The translations under genes were made by a program, and so were the position numbers. The notes under the pieces are model-generated. The model saw only the letters and a program-made list of their open reading frames with translations, was not told the origin of the DNA and did no database searches. A stretch of DNA of 64,000 bases from Nitrosopumilus sp. (GTDB lineage: Archaea; Thermoproteota; Nitrososphaeria; Nitrososphaerales; Nitrosopumilaceae), in NCBI GenBank assembly GCA_965204345.1, contig OZ241981.1, forward strand, positions 1,632,001-1,696,000, given 5' to 3'. Positions 1 to 6,922 of this stretch are shown piece after piece (the first letter of the stretch is position 1; the number at the start of each line of letters is the position of its first letter).

Positions 1-275
1 CAACCGTATTGTCCCCCTCAATGTCTGCAACGATAACCGTTGAATGAGAGAGAGGCATAATTTCTGTGTGATTACTAGTACAAAACCACATTCTTGTTTG
101 TGTGCTGTATCTTTGGAATGTCTTGGCGCCAGCATTGCTGTCTCCAGTGTTGTTTATGGATATTTTTGCAGATTCTTTTGATACTTCTTTTGATGATGAT
201 GCATACCATGCCTTTGCAATTCTGGGTCTCTTGTCTGGCTTTCCAAGCTGGTCTTACCCACAGTTTTTTCAATAA
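1..275 (+). pseudogene. Probable degraded 3' end of a membrane transporter gene (MFS-like)
   Basis: Hydrophobic fragments split over frames (IFGM / LGASIAVSSVVYGYF / ADSFD..AYHAFAILGLLSGF) with stops and frameshifts; no intact ORF. Confidence 0.3.
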
Positions 276-317
276 ACCTATAAAGCCCTCTAATGACGAT
301 CGTCATAAGGAAAACAC

Positions 318-638
318 ATGAGTAAAATACTTGAAAAATCTTTAAGGGATGCTTGTAAGGAAGACAGGCTGACAATGGGATCCAAACAGGTCTTAAGCTC
401 TGTAAAAAATTCCAAGCTAATTGTATTGTCTCAATCAGTTAAGAAAGAAGTGTTTGAGCAAATTGAATCTGATGCAAAAAAGGAAAAAATACCATTAGTA
501 AACTTTCAAGGAACATCAGTCGCATTAGGCAGGCTATGCGGCTTACAATTTAGAATTTCAACAATTTCGTTTACATCAATCGACGATGCAAGCATCAAGT
601 CAATCTTAAAGGACACAGAAGATGAGGAAAGAAAATGA
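318..638 (+). CDS. rpl30e: 50S ribosomal protein L30e
   Basis: L7Ae/L30e pattern (GSKQVL, GTSVALGRLCG); first gene of the L30e-NusA-S12-S7 cluster. Confidence 0.9.
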   Translation: MSKILEKSLRDACKEDRLTMGSKQVLSSVKNSKLIVLSQSVKKEVFEQIESDAKKEKIPLVNFQGTSVALGRLCGLQFRISTISFTSIDDASIKSILKDTEDEERK

Positions 639-705
639 CTGATTACAACCTGTTTGCTGAAAGTTTAAATGAGATACTTTTGTTTGGAGATAAATAGAAA
701 TTCTA

Positions 706-1170
706 ATGACACAATCAATTAAACTGACAACTGATCAAATGCGGATGATGTCCTTGTTTCAAAATGTTACCGGGGCAACCGCACGTGACTGCGTGGAAGA
801 CGAGAAGCAAAACAGGGTGATCTTTGTAGTTAATACCGGCAAGATGGGCCTTGCAATTGGCAAGGGCGGAATTCACATAAAGTCCCTGCAAAATATTGTA
901 AAGCGAAATGTTGAGTTGGTTGAGTATGATGAGAATCCTGCAAAATTTTTATCCAATCTGCTTAACTCGAAACTAGTTTCTGAAGTAAAAATAAATACGC
1001 GAACTGACGGTTCAAAGCAGGCAATAGTTATGGTAGACCCAAGAAAGAAAGGCATTGTTGTAGGCAGGGAGGGCAGAAATGCCGAAAAGGCAAGGATGCT
1101 TGCAAAACGATATTTTGATATTAGCAGTGTATTGATTAACAGTCCTGAACGCGCAACCTTGGAGATGTAG
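706..1170 (+). CDS. nusA: Archaeal NusA-like KH-domain transcription factor
   Basis: Two KH GxxG motifs (AIGKGG, VVGREG); canonical position. Confidence 0.93.
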   Translation: MTQSIKLTTDQMRMMSLFQNVTGATARDCVEDEKQNRVIFVVNTGKMGLAIGKGGIHIKSLQNIVKRNVELVEYDENPAKFLSNLLNSKLVSEVKINTRTDGSKQAIVMVDPRKKGIVVGREGRNAEKARMLAKRYFDISSVLINSPERATLEM

Positions 1171-1173
1171 TGT

Positions 1174-1611
1174 ATGAGAAAATCACCCCTTGGATTGTTT
1201 GCCGGCAGAGTCCTGACAAACAAAAAGAAAAAACAGAGATGGGCCATTTCCACCTTCAAAAGAAGAAAACTGGGCATTGACAAGAAATCAGATCCCCTCG
1301 CAGGCGCTCCCCAAGCTAGGGGCATCGTATTGGAGAAGGTCGGCGTTGCAGCAAAACAGCCAAACTCTGCAATCAGAAAGTGTGTCAGGGTTCAGCTGAT
1401 TAAAAACGGAAAGACAGTGACTGCGTTTTTGCCACGGGATGGCGCAATGAACTTTATTGACGAGCACGATGAGGTCCACATTCAGGGCATGGGTGCTACC
1501 CAGGGCGGCGCAATGGGGGATATTCCAGGTGTCAGATTCAAAGTCTTCAAGGTTAACGGAACCGCATTACACGAACTAGTAATTGGAAAGAAGGAGAAGC
1601 CAAGGAGATAG
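1174..1611 (+). CDS. rps12: 30S ribosomal protein S12 (uS12)
   Basis: [15 protein letters not shown] and [10 protein letters not shown] signatures. Confidence 0.98.
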   Translation: MRKSPLGLFAGRVLTNKKKKQRWAISTFKRRKLGIDKKSDPLAGAPQARGIVLEKVGVAAKQPNSAIRKCVRVQLIKNGKTVTAFLPRDGAMNFIDEHDEVHIQGMGATQGGAMGDIPGVRFKVFKVNGTALHELVIGKKEKPRR

Positions 1612-1615
1612 AGAT

Positions 1616-2215
1616 ATGGCAGAGACAAAAAACTTGCTATTGTTTAGAAAGTGGGACTTGTCTGCCATTGAAGTAAGGGATCCTGGACTAAAGACTGCCA
1701 TCTCGCTGAGAAAACAAATCTTGCCTTACACATATGGCCGCTCTGCACTAAAGAGGTTCAACAAGGCCGATGTCAACATTGTTGAGAGGCTGATTAACAA
1801 GACCATGCACTTTGGAAAAAAATATGCAAAGAATACCGGCAGAATGACCGGCAAGAAGACAAAGCTTCTCAATACCGTAAAAACATCCTTTGATATTATT
1901 GCACTAAAGACTGGACAAAACCCGGTTGAAGTATTGGTTAGAGCCGTGGAATTCTCAGCTCCCAATGAGGATACCACCAGAATCGTGTATGGCGGAACAG
2001 TCTACCACGTCTCAGTGGATGTAGCTCCAATTAGGCGGGTTGATCTGGCCCTCAAATTCATTGCAGATGCCATAAAAGAGGCTACCTTCTCAAACCCAAA
2101 GCCCATTGAAGAGCACATGGCCGAACAGCTCATGCTTGCAGCATCAAATGATCCCAATGCCCCCTCTGTAAAGAAAAAGAACGAGCTGGAACGCATAGCA
2201 CAGGCATCAAGATAG
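1616..2215 (+). CDS. rps7: 30S ribosomal protein S7 (uS7)
   Basis: SVDVAPIRRVDLAL and KKKNELERIAQASR; start placed at ATG 1616 after the rps12 stop. Confidence 0.97.
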   Translation: MAETKNLLLFRKWDLSAIEVRDPGLKTAISLRKQILPYTYGRSALKRFNKADVNIVERLINKTMHFGKKYAKNTGRMTGKKTKLLNTVKTSFDIIALKTGQNPVEVLVRAVEFSAPNEDTTRIVYGGTVYHVSVDVAPIRRVDLALKFIADAIKEATFSNPKPIEEHMAEQLMLAASNDPNAPSVKKKNELERIAQASR

Positions 2216-2244
2216 CCTGTATATCTTTGAGTATTTTTTATCAG

Positions 2245-2332
2245 TAGCCCGAGGCAGATTCGAACTGCCGTCTCCGCCTATCCACTCTTGAGATCCAGAG
2301 GGCAGAATCCTTGACCACTAGACTATCGGGCT
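2245..2332 (-). tRNA. tRNA-Gln(CTG) with ~15-nt anticodon-loop intron (~2280-2294)
   Basis: Reverse complement folds as a cloverleaf: AGCCCGA/TCGGGCT acceptor, CTGCC-CT-CTG-G..A-GGCGG anticodon arm interrupted by ATCTCAAGAGTGGAT, T-arm GGCAG-TTCGAAT-CTGCC. Confidence 0.9.
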
Positions 2333-2385
2333 ACCTGAGGGAATTTTGATGTTTTAGAATATATTCATTTGTTGTGCTTTAGCAG

Positions 2386-2721
2386 TTATTTTAGCCTGAC
2401 CTCGTGGATTGCAGTTGCATAGCTGCAGTCAGCCCCTAGTCTCATGTATGGAACCAGTCTAAAGTGAATCGAGTAGATGTTGCCTTCCTTTCGCAAGATG
2501 CCCTTTTGCACAAGCGATACAAGTCCCCTTGAGGGAACCGAAATTGTTACGTCCTTCTCCCTGCAGATTTTTTCCCGCTTTTTTTGAAACTGCTTTAGTG
2601 AGAATGCCACATCGTTGATTTCCAAAACCAGGGGCCAGATTATCTGGCCCCATACGAATCTTCTGTTTTCTGTAGCTGATGCATATTTTCCTTTTTCACT
2701 CAACATTAATAACATCTGCAA
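2386..2721 (-). CDS. Hypothetical protein, possibly winged-helix
   Basis: 111-aa ORF with a wing-like segment (SRGLVSLVQKGILRKEGNIYSI); divergent from the next gene. Confidence 0.65.
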   Translation of the reverse strand: MQMLLMLSEKGKYASATENRRFVWGQIIWPLVLEINDVAFSLKQFQKKREKICREKDVTISVPSRGLVSLVQKGILRKEGNIYSIHFRLVPYMRLGADCSYATAIHEVRLK

Positions 2722-2740
2722 AAGAAGTTATAACTTAATA

Positions 2741-3445
2741 GTGTCTCAAAACGAAATTGAAGAATCTCTGAATTTGCTACAAAAAGACTGGGATGTTGAT
2801 CCCATCTTGAGAAAGTTTATGCTAGGACAAATTACAGACGTCTCTGACTGTCCCATCAAAGTCAGGGATGTTGTTTTTCACGTGCCTTACCTGAATTCTG
2901 AAAAAAAGTATATCCTGTGGAAGTGCCATTGGCCTGACTGTCATAACTGCTGCGACAGGCAGGGCAGGCTGCCGCTGACCTCTGATGACCTGATTACCAT
3001 CGGAGAAGGCCTGAAGTACAAAAAGCCATCTGATTTTATCAAAAATGAGACGCTTACTGCAACGTATCAGGAACCTGGTCCCTCCGGACAAATGACAACC
3101 ATGACCACCATTAATCTAAAACGAAAAGCCGATGAAACAGAATCCGATGACGGGACACATATCTCTTGCAGGTTTTTGGATGGCGAGGGCGGATGCAGCA
3201 TGCATCCTGACAGGCCCGGTGTCTGCTATCTTTATCCATTTTCAAGCTGGCTTGAAAATGAGCAGGGTAAAGCACGCGTACATTCAACCTACCAGTTTAC
3301 CGGAGACTGTCCCGGATTCTACCTTGCAGAAAGCCTAGATCCAATGAGGGATGAGTTCAAGGAATACTCAAAGACAATTTATGACTATAACATGGCCTCA
3401 AATAGGACAAACCGGGAGGGGCTTGGGTCTGTAAGTTTTAGCTAG
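2741..3445 (+). CDS. YkgJ/CxxCxxCC-family cysteine-cluster (Fe-S/Zn) protein
   Basis: CHWPDCHNCC, CRFL...CSMHPDRPGVCYLYPF, CPG; start placed at GTG 2741 to avoid overlap. Confidence 0.85.
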   Translation: MSQNEIEESLNLLQKDWDVDPILRKFMLGQITDVSDCPIKVRDVVFHVPYLNSEKKYILWKCHWPDCHNCCDRQGRLPLTSDDLITIGEGLKYKKPSDFIKNETLTATYQEPGPSGQMTTMTTINLKRKADETESDDGTHISCRFLDGEGGCSMHPDRPGVCYLYPFSSWLENEQGKARVHSTYQFTGDCPGFYLAESLDPMRDEFKEYSKTIYDYNMASNRTNREGLGSVSFS

Positions 3446-4524
3446 GCCTTTGCTACCTTTATCAAATCCGCTATCTTGATATTCATTCCAAACCTGTCCT
3501 CGTGTTTTTTCATATAGCGGAATATTGCCAAAAAATCCGGCAGTGCCTTGATAAAGCTAAAGTCCTTGTGAATTTTGGCCCTGACAAATTTGAACACCTT
3601 GGCATAGACCTTGTAATGCTCCTCTACTGCCTTTTCATAGGCCTTAAAGTCGTTTATGTTCTCTAGGAATATCTCAACGCACTGCATTGATGGGATGATT
3701 CCCTCCCCCAGCAGCGCATATACTGTTCCGATTGATTCTCCCACTCCTACCACCTTTCCGGAATAGTACGGCTTGCACTTGTCCGGGGTTGCCAGCCTTA
3801 TTGGGCGTCCTTTGGTTGCAACTATCTTTCCGCCATGCTTTTCCAGGAATGCGTCTGTTGCCTTTATGTGGTTTTTGTTGTAATCTCCTGCCCCAATGTG
3901 TGCATGTTTTTCCCCCAATGGGAAATACCAAAAATATCCCGACATTCCCGGGAATGGCTCTATGTAAAAGTCATCATATGGTACCCCGTCCTCATATTCT
4001 ACCTTGTATTCGTATGTTGGCAAAAAAAAGTCCTCTTTTAGTTTTGGAAGGTATACCCTGTGAAAACCTGTACAGTCAACTATCAGGTCATATTCTTTTT
4101 CCAGTTCTTCGAGCTTTGGCGCTTTGCCATAAATTATCCTGGAATCTTTGATGAAATCCTTAATCAGGCCCAGCTTGTCGTATGTGCACAGTCCCTTTAA
4201 TCCAATGTCAAATTTTACGCCGTTATTCATCTTGACGTGCATATTTTTTCCGTCATGTATAAGAAAATCATCAAAGTCTCTTCCGGTTTTCTTGCAAAAC
4301 TCATCTAAAACCGGCTTTATTGTTCCCCATGCACAAATCGAGTCGTGCCTTTCCTCTACCATCCTTTCGTAACCTACAACCTGGTGCTCTGAGTCCTTTA
4401 GCCTGGCCATAAGATAAGAGCCTGCCACACCCATGCCCATTACTGCAATCTTCAAGACATTCTGCGGTTTGCCCATGCCTAATAAATACACTATCTGAGG
4501 TTTGTGAAGTTTTTTGGTTTTCAA
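3442..4524 (-). CDS. NAD(P)/FAD-dependent oxidoreductase, geranylgeranyl reductase-like
   Basis: GMGVAG Rossmann motif, GYFWYFP, VGESIGTVYALLGEGI; true start probably near LKIAVMG. Confidence 0.85.
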   Translation of the reverse strand: MKTKKLHKPQIVYLLGMGKPQNVLKIAVMGMGVAGSYLMARLKDSEHQVVGYERMVEERHDSICAWGTIKPVLDEFCKKTGRDFDDFLIHDGKNMHVKMNNGVKFDIGLKGLCTYDKLGLIKDFIKDSRIIYGKAPKLEELEKEYDLIVDCTGFHRVYLPKLKEDFFLPTYEYKVEYEDGVPYDDFYIEPFPGMSGYFWYFPLGEKHAHIGAGDYNKNHIKATDAFLEKHGGKIVATKGRPIRLATPDKCKPYYSGKVVGVGESIGTVYALLGEGIIPSMQCVEIFLENINDFKAYEKAVEEHYKVYAKVFKFVRAKIHKDFSFIKALPDFLAIFRYMKKHEDRFGMNIKIADLIKVAKA

Positions 4525-4619
4525 AGTATGAAAAGGCAGTGTCTGGCAAAGAAGATTGTGATGTTGCAGTCTTCGATTCCAAATTATACGTTTAAGTTTA
4601 CAATTCTCTGATAATCTCT

Positions 4620-4805
4620 ATGGGATTTCTAGATAGGTTTGTTGGAAACAATGTTGGAAATGTTCCAATCAAGGTACAGTGTACCGGATGTCAAAGGATA
4701 ACCGTTGTTAAGATTCCCTCTGCGAAGACATTTGAGAAATGGAATGAAAAGGCAACATGCAGCCAGTGTGGTGCTGCTAAATGCTGGGTACAAGTTAAAT
4801 CCTAG
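4620..4805 (+). CDS. Small C4 zinc-ribbon protein
   Basis: 61 aa with CTGC and CSQC pairs; TATA-like TTTAAG upstream. Confidence 0.6.
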   Translation: MGFLDRFVGNNVGNVPIKVQCTGCQRITVVKIPSAKTFEKWNEKATCSQCGAAKCWVQVKS

Positions 4806-4817
4806 TCTCAGAAAAAC

Positions 4818-4864
4818 GGATCTGGCAAATTCCGGTGATTGGTTTGCCAAAATTTACAAAACTC
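4818..4864. repeat. Short (~47 bp) degenerate derivative of the MITE-like element
   Basis: GGATCTGGCAAATTCCGGTGAT...AAAATTTACAAAACTC matches the left and right ends of the copies at 5435 and 50610. Confidence 0.55.
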
Positions 4865-4926
4865 TGCCAATTATTAAAACGCAATTATGCTCCAATTTAT
4901 TAAATAACTCAAATGTTAGATTCATA

Positions 4927-5446
4927 ATGACGCCAAAAAATGCAAAGACAATTCTGTTTGCATCCTTGATTGCCGCAATGATTCTGCCATTTAGTGGGGG
5001 GCATGCAATCTGCAAAAGCAATAACAAATGAGGATGTAGAACTTGAAGAAAAATGCCTAGCAGAAAGACAGGCCAAACTTGATGAAGGTTACAAACTCTA
5101 TCCTGGAGTGGGTTGGGTTAAAAATGAAAGTATTGAAGAACCCATCTACACAAACCATCCAGATACGGGTGAAAAAATCATTGATCTTGAGGCAACTATG
5201 AAAGATAGAAAAGATGGGAATGTTGAACTTGATGGTTGTGTTTGGCCTGATACGTCAGGTTGGAATATTGCTGACTCAAAACATGAACCATCAAAAACAG
5301 TGTCTTATGCTGCACCTGATTGGCAAGTTCCAACAGAACCAGTTGAGAATGAAGGTGCCACTTTTTACTTTAATGTCTTTGAATCCTTTGGTGGCGTTAT
5401 CCTTCAACCTGTACTACAATATGACTATGGTAATGGGTTCTGGTAA
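4927..5446 (+). pseudogene. Secreted thaumarchaeal protein, frameshifted at a G6 run and truncated by a MITE
   Basis: Signal peptide MTPKNAKTILFASLIAAMILPFSG (ATG 4927) shifts frame at G-run 4996-5001 into the 4994-5446 ORF; its stop codon lies inside the MITE left end. Confidence 0.7.
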
Positions 5447-5606
5447 ATTCCGGCGTTTCATATCATAACTTACAGTCTAGTAGTCTGAATTGCGCTTTGA
5501 GATTTTTTGACGATTGGAACTTTTTGGCAATTTTTTTTAAGAAAATCATCTCTTGGCAATTTACTGGTAAATTCCTGCAGTCAGATCATCAAAATTTACC
5601 AAATCC
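5435..5606. mobile_element. MITE-like non-autonomous element, copy 1
   Basis: Imperfect terminal IRs GGGTTCTGGTAAATT / AATTTACCAAATCC; internal blocks (CTTTGAGATTTTTTGA, TTTTTTAAGAAAATCATCTCTTG, TCAGATCATCAAAA) shared with 50610-50775. Confidence 0.75.
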
Positions 5607-5828
5607 TGAGACCTGATACAACATGATGCCGTCCATGAAAAAAAACTCTTTTAACATTTGTATCTTGTCATTGCTTGTGCTGTTGCCTGCAAGCCTCTTG
5701 CCTCTGTTCCCATCTATTTTTCTGGGAATTATTGGAGATATTAGTCCGTCTTGCTTTATTGACTATGCATGCTATGCAATGTAACCCCTGTCATTTCTTA
5801 TGCCTGTCCCCGACTTGATTTTTGACAT
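5607..5828 (-). pseudogene. Remnant of a ParB/Srx N-terminal-domain gene
   Basis: Reads MSKIKSGTGIRNDRGYIA*HA*SIKQDGLISPIIPRKIDGNR, resembling the ParB 'ELAESIK..GL..PI.V....IDG.RR' pattern, with two in-frame TAG. Confidence 0.45.
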
Positions 5829-6548
5829 CTCTACCTGTCGTTTATTTTTTCTCAGAACCAGTTCCCATTGGGACCACTGTCCCGTCTTTGGAGGAACTCT
5901 CTTTTGTGCATCCTCGCATGCCGGCAAGACATGATCAAATTCTTTGCATAATTTATCTAATTCTTTTTGCGAGTAAAAATGGATGTCAAGATTCTTTTTT
6001 GGACCTTCAGCATAGCATACAGTCATGCCGCCATCTGTGTTTGTCTCTTTTACAACGTGTTTGAGATAAATGTCCGTGGATACAGAGTTTGTCCGCAAAA
6101 ACAGCAGGCCCCCGGTCTTTAGGAGCGCGGATGACTTTTGAAAATACTCTCTTGTCTGTCTTTCTGTCCCGTGCTGGAATACCTGGATTGATATGATATA
6201 GTCAAATGTCTCCTCTGAATCATAGTCTGCAAAGTCAACGCATTGCAGCTTGTCTGCAAAGTCCGGTCTTTTTTCCAGCAGCTGTCCTATTGCAACCTGC
6301 GATATGTCAATTCCCAAAATACCCAGTCCCGAATCTGCCAGTGGGATGTAGTTTCTGCCGTTGCCGCATCCAATGTACAGGCCGATACCTTTTGAGATGC
6401 CTTGGGTTTTTTGAAGGGTTTTGATAATTTTGTTGACAAACTTTATTGGCGGATCATTTTGGTATCTTTTGCCCTTTTTGTATTCCCTGTCCCATTGCTG
6501 AGATACCTGAGTGTTTTCTTCTTTTTCCAGTTTATGGTTTGCAGGCAT
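5772..6548 (-). CDS. Class I SAM-dependent methyltransferase
   Basis: YIGCGNGRN motif I, GIDIS, FDYIISIQVFQH, LKTGGLLF; start placed at ATG 6548. Confidence 0.85.
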   Translation of the reverse strand: MPANHKLEKEENTQVSQQWDREYKKGKRYQNDPPIKFVNKIIKTLQKTQGISKGIGLYIGCGNGRNYIPLADSGLGILGIDISQVAIGQLLEKRPDFADKLQCVDFADYDSEETFDYIISIQVFQHGTERQTREYFQKSSALLKTGGLLFLRTNSVSTDIYLKHVVKETNTDGGMTVCYAEGPKKNLDIHFYSQKELDKLCKEFDHVLPACEDAQKRVPPKTGQWSQWELVLRKNKRQVEMSKIKSGTGIRNDRGYIA

Positions 6549-6550
6549 GG

Positions 6551-6715
6551 TTATTCCCATATCACGGTGCCAATGACCTGGTTGTCTGACAGTGTTGTTC
6601 TGGAGTGGTGCTGCTCATGTCTCTCCTTTTGTATAGTCCATAACGGATCACTCTCGTCAAATGACTGCCCACAGAGGCTGCATGTCCTTATTTTGACCTT
6701 GAAAAGCCCGTCCAA
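6551..6715 (-). CDS. Small C2H2-like zinc-finger protein (not in ORF track)
   Basis: TTG-start 54-aa ORF MDGLFKVKIRTCSLCGQSFDESDPLWTIQKERHEQHHSRTTLSDNQVIGTVIWE; its stop is 2 nt before the methyltransferase ATG. Confidence 0.55.
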   Translation of the reverse strand: MDGLFKVKIRTCSLCGQSFDESDPLWTIQKERHEQHHSRTTLSDNQVIGTVIWE

Positions 6716-6779
6716 ACTGATCTCAGTATGACTTTGAGCTACTGCATATTATATTTTTGATATTCTCGGCATTGACATA

Positions 6780-6827
6780 GGGTTCTGGTAATTCCGGTGA
6801 TCAGATAATCAGAATCTGCCAAGCCCC
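6780..6827. repeat. Short (~47 bp) internally deleted MITE derivative
   Basis: GGGTTCTGGTAATTCCGG (left end) joined directly to TGATCAGATAATCAGAATCTGCCAAGCCC (right end). Confidence 0.65.
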
Positions 6828-6922
6828 AAAAAATTACCACGGATCTTTTGATCTTTGTACATTAGCTTGATTTGGGTATTGCTTTTCAGTTTATGCCCTA
6901 ATCCCAAAAGGCGTTTTTCCTT

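Noticed and set aside
2245-2332. Introns in tRNA-Gln and tRNA-Ser
   Set aside because: Short anticodon-loop introns are common in this phylum.
5763-5774. Amber read-through (pyrrolysine or recoding) at two in-frame TAGs
   Set aside because: TAG is an ordinary stop in core genes here (nusA, rps12, rps7) and no pyl genes are present; decay is simpler.
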